This document shows, in pieces, positions 1 through 10,019 of a stretch of 64,000 bases of DNA. Where the stretch lies: contig JABJQG010000020.1 of NCBI GenBank assembly GCA_018663505.1, forward strand, positions 152,152 to 216,151. The letters are read 5' to 3'. The notes under the pieces were generated by a model, which saw only the letters and a program-made list of their open reading frames with translations, did not search any database and was not told where the DNA came from. The translations under genes and the position numbers were made by a program. Each line of letters begins with the position of its first letter. Within the stretch, counting starts at the first letter, position 1. Source of the stretch: Pseudobdellovibrionaceae bacterium (GTDB taxonomy: Bacteria > Bdellovibrionota > Bdellovibrionia > Bdellovibrionales > UBA1609).

Positions 1-69
1 ACTTGGGCTCGATATGATAACCCGGTGGCCTAATGACTCTCTTGGTAGAACTACTCACTTCACCTGTCA

Positions 70-501
70 TTACTGTGTACTCACTCCAACATCATGCCAT
101 CCTTCACCCACTAATGTGTCAAAGACAGTGATTAACATTTTATATGTCACTCCGTTTTCTGTATTTAAAACAAGATCTTTTCTTTTTGGATACTTGGATC
201 TCCAAACCTGAAGTGCAGTGATAAAAGAAGCTTTATTCACTTCACCAGATAAATGAGGAATAACATTCCCTTTTGTGTTCTCTGCCATTTCAACACCTTT
301 AGTTAAAATAGTAACGGTAAGGTTAACTTGGTTTTTTGGTGGTGGCGAAGCTTCGTCCGATGCCGTGGAAGCAGAGGTGTTTGTTGATAGTGCACTAATA
401 TTATTCCAAACAGCAGTCAAAAGGAGCATCACCACTAAAAGGGCAAACAAGCCTATAAAGGGTGTCATATTCAGCTCTACATTAACCTTTTTTTTTGCCA
501 T
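70..501 (-). CDS. ExbD/TolR-family biopolymer transport protein
   Basis: 143 aa. Basic N-terminus plus a single TM (NMTPFIGLFALLVVMLLL) and a periplasmic C-terminal domain, typical of ExbD/TolR. Lies 4 nt downstream of a MotA/TolQ/ExbB gene. Confidence 0.75.
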   Translation of the reverse strand: MAKKKVNVELNMTPFIGLFALLVVMLLLTAVWNNISALSTNTSASTASDEASPPPKNQVNLTVTILTKGVEMAENTKGNVIPHLSGEVNKASFITALQVWRSKYPKRKDLVLNTENGVTYKMLITVFDTLVGEGWHDVGVSTQ

Positions 502-505
502 ATAC

Positions 506-1141
506 TTAGAACTTACCTTTATTTGATAAAATAAAATTTAGTGTGGCCACCGCTGACTCGTGCATATCATCAATAATTCCCTGTGCTAGGTTATTTAAAT
601 AACCAAAAAAACCTAATAATGGAATGGCAACCACAAGCCCAAATGCAGTTGTATTCATGGCCATAGCAATAGAGTTTGATAACATTGTTGCTTTTTCGGC
701 TGGTGCCACATTTGCAACCGCAGCAAATGCCCCAATAAGACCAGTAACAGTTCCTAATAAGCCAAGTAGAGTAGCAATATTCGAAAGTGTTGCAAGTAGT
801 CCAATTCGTTTTTCAAGACGGGGAACTTCCCTCAATGCCACGGCATCCATAGCGGTTTGAACTTCTTCTGACTCTCCTTGATTTTTTACAGCCACAAGAC
901 CAGCTCTTATAATTCTAGCAAGTGGTGCACGTGTTTGAGATGCGGCAGAAATAGCCTCATCTAATCGACCTTTAAGAATATAATGATTAATTCTTTTTAA
1001 GACTTCATTTTTGTTAATATTTGCCGCGGCCAACAGAACTATAAATCGTTCCACCGTTATGGCTATTCCCACCAACGAACTAGCTAAAATTGTGTGCATA
1101 AAAAAACCACCGTCATTATATGCCTGTAATAAATCACCCAT
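506..1141 (-). CDS. MotA/TolQ/ExbB-family proton channel protein
   Basis: 211 aa with 3 TM segments. C-terminal block LATLSNIATLLGLLGTVTGLIGAF..MNTTAFGLVVAIP matches the MotA/TolQ/ExbB signature region. Confidence 0.8.
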   Translation of the reverse strand: MGDLLQAYNDGGFFMHTILASSLVGIAITVERFIVLLAAANINKNEVLKRINHYILKGRLDEAISAASQTRAPLARIIRAGLVAVKNQGESEEVQTAMDAVALREVPRLEKRIGLLATLSNIATLLGLLGTVTGLIGAFAAVANVAPAEKATMLSNSIAMAMNTTAFGLVVAIPLLGFFGYLNNLAQGIIDDMHESAVATLNFILSNKGKF

Positions 1142-1265
1142 AGAACCCTCACTTTATAGTTCGTCTATGGGATTGATTTTAGCACTACGCCATGAAGGTT
1201 TAACTACAAAAGCAAGTTTTAGACTTTAGGCTATGCACAAAAGCACGTAGAGATCCGTAGATTCT

Positions 1266-3374
1266 CTAAAAACGTCCAAAGGGGAAGCCAATATTAGGCT
1301 GAGTTGCTTCGCCATTTTTGGCTTTGGGAAAACGCATACGCTTAAACACTTTTAATACACAATTATTAAGTTCATCAGATCTTTGTACACTAGACTTTTT
1401 AACTTTTGCCCAGGAAACCTTACCCGAAGGTTTAATTTTCCATTCGTACTCAATCCGACCTCCTAAACTTGGGTTATTTAAAAGCGCACGCTCATAACAG
1501 GAAGATATTTTACCAACATTTTTTCTAACCACAGTCATCACTTGCTTCTGTGAAAGGCCCTCTCTTCTGGATATTTTCATTAAAGTAGGGGTTCCCACAA
1601 CTGTGGCCGCCACACCTTCGCCTCGACCACCGGCGCGCCCCTTAATACCTTGAACACCATAGCCCTTACCAGTACCATAACCTTTACCAAAAGTTTTAAG
1701 ACTCCCCGATCCTCCGCCAGCAACTAGTTTCCCACCCTTTGCTTTTATAGCTCCTAAAACGGAATTTGCTTTCATCTTACCAGGCATCCCACCTGCATTT
1801 TTGTTAATATTTATTGATACAGCCTTATTTGAAGGGTTCGGGGTAGCTTTCCCTAAAGCCCCCAGGGCTGCTAATGCTCCAACATTTTTAACTGACTTTT
1901 TGTTCGATACCTTACCTCTAAATGGTCGACTAGCAACAGTTTTAGTTTTCACTGTAAAAGGCCATTTATTAATTTTTTTCATGCGTTTACTTTTACGAAC
2001 AACTATTTTTTTAGGTTTGTATTTTAACTTTTTACGTACAACTTTCTTACGTTTAACTGCTTTAAGTTTTTTTCTTTTCAGTGGTTTCTTTTTTACAACT
2101 TTTTTAATTTCAGGAGGTTTTACTACTTTAGGCTTTACTTCTATTTTTTTCTTTTTCGGAATCAAAAGTTTCGCCACCCTTGGAGGTAGATTTTTTACTT
2201 TGGGCACATCAAGAGTTGGCGCAAAAACTAAAGCAATAAGTAAAAATAAAATATGAAGTATTCCTGAGCCTTGCAGTGTTTTCTTAAAAAGCTTCTCTGG
2301 AATTAAAAATTTAATTTGTGAAAATGGTTTAGGTGCTTCTATATGGCGTAATTCTAACTGAATGTTTTCATCAATAAAAATAGAACAGGCTTGGTTATAT
2401 TTTAGCCTCAGTATTGCTAGTTTTTTTTTGTGGTTTATTTCTGAGACACTCTGTATCTCACTAACAACGTTATTATCAAGATCTGTTACTTGCCCGCGAG
2501 AGCGCATTGGCAAATGACATCGGGTAGACCTTCCATCAAACTGAGCGAGTTCCATGGTTCTTTTTAAACTTGGTACATAAAAACCATGTTCGGGATGAGA
2601 GCTTATACTCAGCACATCACCCTTTCTAAAGACTTGAGTATCTAATATAACCCCTCTCCAGAGCAAACGCCCTTCCAGAGCATGTTTGTCCAAAGGCACT
2701 CTCTGCACAAACTGCCCCTGCTGTTGAAAGCCATGGGGTCTCTGTACCGGAGGTGATTTTTTCCTTTCACTCACTGAAGATGATGCCTTAGGTCGCCCCT
2801 CTAACCCTTTATTGTGTTTCTCATCTTCGTTCTTTTCATATTGCTCATAAGAAATTACATGCTCTATCACAGGATCTGCTTCAGCTGACGGATGACTTCC
2901 CGTGTTTAAAGGTGGTGGTGTTTCATCAATGGTATAGTTATCATCTAAGACTGTAACTTCATCTAGTGTTCTTTGTGGATCAATTGAGTCCGACTCATTG
3001 AATGATTTTTTCGCTTCACTAAATTCTGAGTCATGCACATCTGGCTCTTGCTTTGGCTCACTTTGCATAACTTTAATAATTATTTTGAGTTCACCAATGT
3101 GAACAGTACAAACATCCTTTAAAGGCAAGTTAAATACCTGATTGCCATTAAGAAGGATCCCTGATTCACTTTGTGTATCCACAATACACAGCTGTGAACC
3201 TATGGGCAGAATACTAGCATGTTGAGCTGATACCCAAGAGTATTCACTTAAACAAATATCACACAGTCTATCACTGCCCAATGTAATGGGAAATTTTGAG
3301 AAAGCTTCATTACAAACCATCTTCTCTTTATAGAAAATTTGTATATGAACTGATTGTTTTGCCGTCTTCATCAT
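1266..3374 (-). CDS. FHA-domain / single-TM / Lys-rich spacer / TonB-C (AgmX/PglI-type) C-terminal domain protein
   Basis: 702 aa. N-terminal FHA-like block (ITLGSD..CDICL..VSAQHASI..DTQSESGILLNGNQV). TM segment ILHILFLLIALVFAP. Extreme K/P/V-rich spacer. C-terminus VMTVVRKNVGKISSCYERALLNNPSLGGRIEYEWKIKPSGKV..FPKAKNG resembles TonB-C/AgmX-type domains. Confidence 0.65.
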   Translation of the reverse strand: MMKTAKQSVHIQIFYKEKMVCNEAFSKFPITLGSDRLCDICLSEYSWVSAQHASILPIGSQLCIVDTQSESGILLNGNQVFNLPLKDVCTVHIGELKIIIKVMQSEPKQEPDVHDSEFSEAKKSFNESDSIDPQRTLDEVTVLDDNYTIDETPPPLNTGSHPSAEADPVIEHVISYEQYEKNEDEKHNKGLEGRPKASSSVSERKKSPPVQRPHGFQQQGQFVQRVPLDKHALEGRLLWRGVILDTQVFRKGDVLSISSHPEHGFYVPSLKRTMELAQFDGRSTRCHLPMRSRGQVTDLDNNVVSEIQSVSEINHKKKLAILRLKYNQACSIFIDENIQLELRHIEAPKPFSQIKFLIPEKLFKKTLQGSGILHILFLLIALVFAPTLDVPKVKNLPPRVAKLLIPKKKKIEVKPKVVKPPEIKKVVKKKPLKRKKLKAVKRKKVVRKKLKYKPKKIVVRKSKRMKKINKWPFTVKTKTVASRPFRGKVSNKKSVKNVGALAALGALGKATPNPSNKAVSININKNAGGMPGKMKANSVLGAIKAKGGKLVAGGGSGSLKTFGKGYGTGKGYGVQGIKGRAGGRGEGVAATVVGTPTLMKISRREGLSQKQVMTVVRKNVGKISSCYERALLNNPSLGGRIEYEWKIKPSGKVSWAKVKKSSVQRSDELNNCVLKVFKRMRFPKAKNGEATQPNIGFPFGRF

Positions 3375-3699
3375 GGTGCATCTCTAAGTTAAAGACTTCT
3401 CGGTATTTCTCTAATAATTTTAAAGGTAAATCAAGCCAGCCAGCCATAGTGCCAGGCTCTAAATTCAAGTTATAACTCGATTAAAAGCTAGGTGTTGAAT
3501 GTAGGGGCTTGGAGGAGGTCGAAGATTTTACTCTGATCACACCGTGTATTATTCAAAATTACACAGAATATATTACAATTCGGTAATGATAATTTTCACA
3601 TTCCTAATTACTCTTCCAATATCTTTGAAATGCTTAATATCATTAGTTATTATTTGATTTAAAATTACATTTTTCTAATATTAAAACTAAAGGACCAAC

Positions 3700-4722
3700 A
3701 TGCTATTTGAAATACGCCGAAGGAATTTTATAAAAATAATGACAGTTTCCCTTATCATTTGGCCTTCACTCTCTTTTGCTAAACCAGTTTTTGAAACATG
3801 TACCAATGAATCTTGTGTAAATTTAGAAGAATTTTCAAGCACCATGACAACAGTTATGAACGAAGTGCCTGAGTTAGAGTGGGTCTTTGGCTTTATTAGA
3901 AAAATTCAACTCTCTGACACGCTAAAATCTAATGCCGATGTTAAAATAAAAAGGTTAAAGACTGGTCAAATATTTTTTGATTTAATTATATCAACAAAAG
4001 CATATGTACTTAAAGATAATATTAGTAAAATTTTAAATTCAAAAGAGGTCACTGTTTTTGGAAATTCCATTGCAGACCCTCCTCAGTATTTAATTGAATT
4101 ACCGTCTAAATATCCCGGCTTATTTTATATTACAATACATGAACTTGGTCATATTGTAGATCACCTATTTGGAGTCAACCAGTTACAATGTGCAACTCCA
4201 AAAATTGAATCAGTGGCTATCTACCCCGTTTTACATGCAGTAACACGATCACTAAATAAAAAAGAGATTCAATTTTCTGATGTGGATTGTGTTACACTAA
4301 AAAATAGCTTTAGCGCTGTATCCTGGAGCAAATTTTTAGTTAAACCTCAAGGAGTTGGCGTCTATGTAAGAACCCCAAAATCCGATCATACACTGCTAGA
4401 CAAAGTCTGTTATTATGAGAATTGTAACAAAAATGTAACCTGGACCCAAAAAGAAGTTTATGAACTCTATGATTTTTTAATAGCATCCTCATTTACAACA
4501 CTGTATTCAGCAAATTTCTCTACCCTTGAAGAATTTGGGGAGGCCTTTGTTATTAATTATTTAGCTATGTATACAGAGAATTCCACCTACACAGTCAATT
4601 TTAAAAATCATAAGGGCATTGATTTTCTTAACAAAATTAATGAACCTAACTACATTGCAAAACGTAATTTATTATCCTCTATCCTTGAGAACATAGAAGA
4701 ACGATCTAATCATTTAAAATAG
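3700..4722 (+). CDS. secreted hypothetical protein with HEXXH zinc-metalloprotease motif
   Basis: 340 aa. Signal-like N-terminus (IMTVSLIIWPSLSFA). Single HELGH motif (ITIHELGHIVDH). No other family recognised. Confidence 0.4.
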   Translation: MLFEIRRRNFIKIMTVSLIIWPSLSFAKPVFETCTNESCVNLEEFSSTMTTVMNEVPELEWVFGFIRKIQLSDTLKSNADVKIKRLKTGQIFFDLIISTKAYVLKDNISKILNSKEVTVFGNSIADPPQYLIELPSKYPGLFYITIHELGHIVDHLFGVNQLQCATPKIESVAIYPVLHAVTRSLNKKEIQFSDVDCVTLKNSFSAVSWSKFLVKPQGVGVYVRTPKSDHTLLDKVCYYENCNKNVTWTQKEVYELYDFLIASSFTTLYSANFSTLEEFGEAFVINYLAMYTENSTYTVNFKNHKGIDFLNKINEPNYIAKRNLLSSILENIEERSNHLK

Positions 4723-4762
4723 AAACATAGAACTTGTAATTAAATTTAAAGAGAATCTAGAG

Positions 4763-6892
4763 TTAACAAAGGCACAGGGCTCTTAAGACAAGCTTTGCAT
4801 ACACCTTTTCCTTTAAATTAGATGGATTATGAAGGTTCATTCTTTTAAGAAGCGGCAAATGACCTGCAGAGGGCTTGCCTACAAGAAACAAACTCATTAA
4901 TAATTTCACCGTCTTTGCTCTATTACCCAATTGGGATTTTAAGTATTTCAAAGCTTTGCCTAATTTAATTTCTTCGGAAGTAAAGTCAGTACCAAAAGGA
5001 AAAGCTTGAAATTGGTTATGCTCTTTATATCTGCCTAGCACAGTTTTATAGCTCTGTGGATAATTGTTACAAAACTCACTGGGGAGCACATAATTGATTC
5101 CAACCTTATTATGGTTCTTAGCCTCTGTAAGGAGGCTCTTTTGGAACCGAGAGTCCGCTACCTTAATTAATGCAACGGCTACCTCTTCATCGGTTTTAGC
5201 CCTTAAATCTGCTATGCCATACTCCGTAATTACTACGTCTCTCAAATGTTTTGGAATGGTACAATGACCATAATTAAAAACTATATTGGACTCGTTTTGT
5301 CCTTTGTTGTTTATCCTAATACTGCGTAACTGCAAAATAGACCTAGCGTCAGGTAATTCATGTGCCATGGCAACAAAATTATATTGCCCACCTACACCAC
5401 TTATTTGTGTGCCGTCATCTAAAGCATCAGAGCTCACACTGCCATTAAGAGTGACCTTCATACAAGTATTAATAAAACGGCCATTCTTTCTTTGCAGGCG
5501 ATCTATGGTCTCATGACCATAGAGATGATTAATTTGTGAAATCCTCTTCATGCGAATCAATTTTCTTTGCTCAATAGGTAAATCCTTGAGAAATTGATAA
5601 AATTTTTGTTCACCAACAAAAAAACCTGCATGTGCTACAGCTCCATTGCGAAGCCTCTCACCTAACACCTCTTGTGGTAGTTCATCCACCTGTGCTTTTA
5701 TTTTTTCACCTGACTCCATTTTCAAAAGACCATCAGACCACTGCACTGATTTATTAAAGATTCCAAATTCTTTTAAGAATTCAAAATCTTCCTTGCTGAG
5801 GTTAAAGCCAATAGCCTTATGTTCATACAAACGTTGTAGCATATTTTTATCAACAATTTCTGAAATGACATTTTTATTCAATAAACGCTGTAATATTACA
5901 GAGTCATAGACTTTTTTCTTCAAAATATTTGAAGTAAAAAGGTGAACGAAGCTGTCTACAAACATTTCGGTGGCCGCAAACAACCCTACTTTAAATCTTT
6001 CAAAGCTTCCGTAGTTTGAAATAATGGGGTATTTATCCCCTGTAATATTAACTGCCTCAAGTATTTTCCTATACTCTAAATTATCATTTTCTCGCAAACA
6101 TAAGGCGTACACCAAAGCATCACCCAAAGAACCAATGCCTATTTGAATTTCACCATCATCTTTTACTAAAGTAGATGCATAAAGACCAATCATATAATCA
6201 GCGTCACTCACCGACATTTTAGGCAAACCAAAAATTCTAAAATCAAAACTTCTATTGTCTAGTGCAGCATCAAAAAATTCTGGTGCAACAATAGATTCCC
6301 CATACATAAATGGTAACTCTTGATTAACCTGTGCCACTACCATTATATTTTTATTCTGCTCGCGAAGTTCTTCCACTATATCCACTGTGATATCAGGGTT
6401 ACAGCTGAGGCTAAATACCTCGTCACCATTAACTTCTCCCTTGCTAACTTGCTGACAAATAACGTTAACACCTCTGCTTATAATATCTCGAGCCACATGA
6501 GTGTAGTTTGATGACAAATAACATTGTTGAGCACTAGAAACTGTTTTTAGTTTTCCCGGGGCAAAATAGAATTCTATAACTTTAATGTTTCCTGGCAAGC
6601 TATGGTTCTGTCTGTCTGTATCGTAATCTAAGTTGGGATAGTTACCAAAAACACGATCAACAAATGGTTCTAAGAATTTTTTTTCAAGGTCACTTTTACC
6701 AATAGGCTTTTGTAAAGTGAGGGCCGTCAAAATAGTTAATTCTATCTCTTTATCAACTTTAGCCCTTGCATATATTGAATTAATTATAGAATTCGCTTTT
6801 CCGGCACCCAAAGGTGTGGCCAGGGTTATATTTTTTCCCACTTTTTGAATTATACTCTCTGTTATCATTTCTAAATCTTGATATTTTTGCAT
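4763..6892 (-). CDS. acetyl-CoA hydrolase/transferase-family protein (long form)
   Basis: 709 aa. N-terminal ATPLGAGKAN and C-terminal GVGGQYNFVAMAHELPDARSIL blocks resemble CoA-transferase family I / acetyl-CoA hydrolase. Confidence 0.55.
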   Translation of the reverse strand: MQKYQDLEMITESIIQKVGKNITLATPLGAGKANSIINSIYARAKVDKEIELTILTALTLQKPIGKSDLEKKFLEPFVDRVFGNYPNLDYDTDRQNHSLPGNIKVIEFYFAPGKLKTVSSAQQCYLSSNYTHVARDIISRGVNVICQQVSKGEVNGDEVFSLSCNPDITVDIVEELREQNKNIMVVAQVNQELPFMYGESIVAPEFFDAALDNRSFDFRIFGLPKMSVSDADYMIGLYASTLVKDDGEIQIGIGSLGDALVYALCLRENDNLEYRKILEAVNITGDKYPIISNYGSFERFKVGLFAATEMFVDSFVHLFTSNILKKKVYDSVILQRLLNKNVISEIVDKNMLQRLYEHKAIGFNLSKEDFEFLKEFGIFNKSVQWSDGLLKMESGEKIKAQVDELPQEVLGERLRNGAVAHAGFFVGEQKFYQFLKDLPIEQRKLIRMKRISQINHLYGHETIDRLQRKNGRFINTCMKVTLNGSVSSDALDDGTQISGVGGQYNFVAMAHELPDARSILQLRSIRINNKGQNESNIVFNYGHCTIPKHLRDVVITEYGIADLRAKTDEEVAVALIKVADSRFQKSLLTEAKNHNKVGINYVLPSEFCNNYPQSYKTVLGRYKEHNQFQAFPFGTDFTSEEIKLGKALKYLKSQLGNRAKTVKLLMSLFLVGKPSAGHLPLLKRMNLHNPSNLKEKVYAKLVLRALCLC

Positions 6893-7062
6893 AATTCCCC
6901 CAAATAAAAATGAAAATCAATGTCACTAATCTAGTAAATCTAGCACAATATTTATTATTATTGAAATAATTACTTTGATGCTACACACATTTTCAAAATC
7001 TATATTCTTATAACTAGCAAGACCCTACGTATGGTAGATTATCTCAAAGCCAGGGAGCTCAG

Positions 7063-8265
7063 ATGATATATTTAAAACCAATAATTTTTAGTTTCTACAT
7101 TGCACTCATTTCCTTATATATCTTTGGTTATAAAGGTGGGTATAGCAAAGAGGGTAAAATACAACAAAACGATGATCTAAAAATATTAAAAAATTTCAGC
7201 TCTATTATTGGCCTCTTTGTTTTTACTATATTGTCCATTTATACATTTACTGATTATGAAATACTCACTCTAGTACATAAAAATACTGCTGTATCTCTTA
7301 TGGGTTGTGCCATTTCTGCTGCTGGCGCAATGATCTTCTTTTTCGCTAAACAACAACTTGGACAAAGCTTCAGTCCTTGCAGTAAAGCATATGTACCAAA
7401 AGATCTGGTGACCACGGGGCTCTATGGCCAAGTACGGCACCCCATATATACTGGGAATCTCATTTTTATGTTTGGAAGTTTCCTAGCCATTGGCTCCATT
7501 TATTTATTAATTCTCACTATAGCCCTCTATTTTATCTACAAAGTTTCAATGAGGTATGAAGAAAAGGGACTGCTCAAAGCATTTAAAAACTATAAACATT
7601 ATCAATGTTATACTCCTCAAATATTTATGTTGCTATCATATTGGAAAAAATATTTCAGCATTTATAAAAAACAAATCTCATCTGAAAATGAGCTCTTAGA
7701 GTTTGCCCATAGATTTCATAGTATTGGTGGTGTAAAAATTGACACAACTTACCTTAAAAATGCCAAGACTTATGGCATCTATAGACGTGGTAATCATAGT
7801 TTAGTTGCTGGATACATAATTAATTCGTCTCAAGAGCTTAGGTACTTAAAACTTATTCCCAAAGAAGAGCTAGCCCGCTTACCCTTTATCCAAAACAATG
7901 TTGGCAACTTTAGTGAGATTACCTGTATTTGGCGCATGGAAAAATTTTCGAAACATGACAACTTTTACTTTTATCTACATTCAATGATGGATGCATTTTT
8001 CGCAGGTAAAAAATATATAATTGGTGGAACCAATAACCTTAAAATATTGAAAATTCAAATGTTGCCCTTATCACGTTTAATATGGCACGGAACAAAACGA
8101 AACGCAGATTACCCAGTATGGATATATACGGAGCAACGTTGGCTTGCTATGATAAAGTTCCTTTTTTTTGCCACTCCCTTTGAGGCTGTACGTAGATATA
8201 AACGTGAACTTGAGATGAGAATGAGACGTGTTTGGTCTAAACAAAAGACCAGGCCCTTGACATAA
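7063..8265 (+). CDS. isoprenylcysteine carboxyl methyltransferase (ICMT/PEMT)-like membrane domain fused to an uncharacterised ~200 aa C-terminal domain
   Basis: 400 aa. Multi-TM N-terminal half carries the ICMT/PEMT signature LVTTGLYGQVRHPIYTGNLIFMFG. The soluble C-terminal half has no motif I recognise. Confidence 0.6.
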   Translation: MIYLKPIIFSFYIALISLYIFGYKGGYSKEGKIQQNDDLKILKNFSSIIGLFVFTILSIYTFTDYEILTLVHKNTAVSLMGCAISAAGAMIFFFAKQQLGQSFSPCSKAYVPKDLVTTGLYGQVRHPIYTGNLIFMFGSFLAIGSIYLLILTIALYFIYKVSMRYEEKGLLKAFKNYKHYQCYTPQIFMLLSYWKKYFSIYKKQISSENELLEFAHRFHSIGGVKIDTTYLKNAKTYGIYRRGNHSLVAGYIINSSQELRYLKLIPKEELARLPFIQNNVGNFSEITCIWRMEKFSKHDNFYFYLHSMMDAFFAGKKYIIGGTNNLKILKIQMLPLSRLIWHGTKRNADYPVWIYTEQRWLAMIKFLFFATPFEAVRRYKRELEMRMRRVWSKQKTRPLT

Positions 8266-8377
8266 AAGTAAAGTCCTTACTAACAATCTGTAATCATGGT
8301 TCAGCCTTTTGTCTTAAGTCTGAACTTATTAAAATTACATTTAGTTTAAAAGAGAGAGTAGATTATAATTATTTGAT

Positions 8378-8788
8378 ATGATGATCGTGAAAACACAAAT
8401 TTTTAATATACTCGGGTGTCTTTCATTTCTCCTTGGGTTAGTAGGGGTTTTTTTACCTATTCTTCCTACCACACCATTTATACTACTTGCTTCATTTTTT
8501 TTCTCAAAAGGCTCGCCTCGATTTTATAAATGGATCACAAATTTAAAATACTTCGGTGAAAAAATTAAAGCTTGGGATAAATATGGCATTATTGATAAAC
8601 CATCAAAAATAATTGCTTCCTTAACACTCATAATTATATTGCTAAATTTAATTTTTTTTTTTAGTTATGCCTATTGGCTTAAATGCCTATTTGTAATCAC
8701 ATTTTTAGCTGTTCTCCTATTTATCAATACTCGACCAAACTCGCCCACACATATAGTAAAATCACAACAATCAAAACATGTTAATTAA
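8378..8788 (+). CDS. DUF454 (YbaN-like) inner-membrane protein
   Basis: 136 aa. LPILPTTPFILLASFFFSKGSPRFYKWI is the characteristic DUF454 N-terminal motif. Confidence 0.7.
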   Translation: MMIVKTQIFNILGCLSFLLGLVGVFLPILPTTPFILLASFFFSKGSPRFYKWITNLKYFGEKIKAWDKYGIIDKPSKIIASLTLIIILLNLIFFFSYAYWLKCLFVITFLAVLLFINTRPNSPTHIVKSQQSKHVN

Positions 8789-8866
8789 ATGCTTAACACA
8801 TAATGTATTTAAAAATTTAAACAACAATGATAGCTTTATTCAAATCTATAAAATAAGGGGAAACAC

Positions 8867-9502
8867 TTGGATTTTGATTATTGGGAAGAAATATTTATCA
8901 AAAAGATGAAACAAGTGACAAAAGGAGAAGACCCAGCCCATGACTTCTTGCATTTTTTTAGGGTTGTCAAAATGGCGAAAAAATTTTGCTCCTTAGAAAA
9001 CGCCCAATTAGAAGTTGTACTCCCCTCAGCTTGGCTACACGATTTAGTTATTGTACCAAAAGATGACCCTCGCCGATCACAAGCTTCCAGATTGTCAGCT
9101 GATGCGGCTATTGAATATTTGTCGCACATTAATTATCCAAAACAATACTTCAATCAAATTGCTCATACTATTTCTGCTCATAGTTTTTCAGCAAACATCC
9201 CTACTGAATCCGTAGAAGCCGAAATCATCCAGGATGCTGATCGTTTAGATGGAGTTGGGGCTATAGGCATAGCTCGATGTTTTGCCACTGCTGGTTTGTT
9301 AAAAAGAAGTTTTTATTCGCAAGCAGATCCTTTTTGCCAATCCCGATTAGCTGATGATAAAACTTTTACAGTGGACCATTTTTACAACAAACTCTTTAAA
9401 ACTGTGGGTACATTAAAAACTGATTCTGCTAAAAAAGAAGGGCAGCGCAGAGCTGGGGTTATGGAAGCATATTTAAAAAATTTATCATTAGAAATCCAGT
9501 AA
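8867..9502 (+). CDS. HD-domain phosphohydrolase
   Basis: 211 aa. H..HD..D pattern: HDFLHFFRV, AWLHDL, QDADRLDGVGAIGIARCF. Confidence 0.75.
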   Translation: MDFDYWEEIFIKKMKQVTKGEDPAHDFLHFFRVVKMAKKFCSLENAQLEVVLPSAWLHDLVIVPKDDPRRSQASRLSADAAIEYLSHINYPKQYFNQIAHTISAHSFSANIPTESVEAEIIQDADRLDGVGAIGIARCFATAGLLKRSFYSQADPFCQSRLADDKTFTVDHFYNKLFKTVGTLKTDSAKKEGQRRAGVMEAYLKNLSLEIQ

Positions 9503-9529
9503 CTATTAATTAACTTTAAGAGATTTAAT

Positions 9530-9952
9530 ATGAGCCCTAAGGTTAAGAAGAAAACTAAAAAAAACCTTAAATCTTCAAAAGTATTTCACTTAATTTGGGT
9601 TTTTAACCCTATCTTGGATTTACCATCATTCTATACTAAAAGGATGTTTGGCGGACTGGCTGCATATGTTCATGATAAGCTTGTGTTCGTGTTAACTGAG
9701 AAACCAGGGGATCGACAGTTTAAAAATAAAACTTTTGACTATGATATCTGGGACGGGGTCATGTTACCCACTGATAAAGAGCATCACAGTTCTATAATTA
9801 AATCTTATCCAGAATTAATTCCTCACCCTGTACTTGGCAAATGGCTTTATTTACAAGCCAACTTGCCTAATTTCGAAGAGATCGCTACTGAAATTGGAGA
9901 GCAAATAGCCAAGAACCACCCACACTTTGGTGTTTACCCTAAGATAAAGTAA
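9530..9952 (+). CDS. hypothetical protein, possible TfoX N-terminal-like domain
   Basis: 140 aa. KRMFGGLAAYVHDKLVFVL resembles the TfoX_N core. Weak call. Confidence 0.35.
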   Translation: MSPKVKKKTKKNLKSSKVFHLIWVFNPILDLPSFYTKRMFGGLAAYVHDKLVFVLTEKPGDRQFKNKTFDYDIWDGVMLPTDKEHHSSIIKSYPELIPHPVLGKWLYLQANLPNFEEIATEIGEQIAKNHPHFGVYPKIK

Positions 9953-9990
9953 ATAAAGACTAAGCTGTAAACGGATCCATTCTATTAAAA

Positions 9991-10019
9991 ACAGAAAAAG
10001 CCCCTCAGGGCTTATTTTC
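9991..10019. terminator. bidirectional rho-independent terminator candidate
   Basis: Hairpin AAGCCC-CTCA-GGGCTT at 9998-10013. Followed by ATTTTC on the + strand. On the - strand it is followed by TTTTTCTGTTTTT, the stronger U-tract. Confidence 0.55.

Noticed and set aside
1801-2256. 151-aa plus-strand ORF, and other antisense ORFs inside well-supported genes (for example 275..526, 624..860, 5286..5516, 13660..14028, 15741..16085, 17584..17820, 21160..21351, 30769..31185, 43281..43562, 50471..50896)
   Set aside because: They lie entirely inside longer ORFs on the opposite strand that have clear family motifs. Their compositions are low-complexity mirror images (Phe/Leu-rich opposite Lys-rich, and so on), and none has a recognisable motif.
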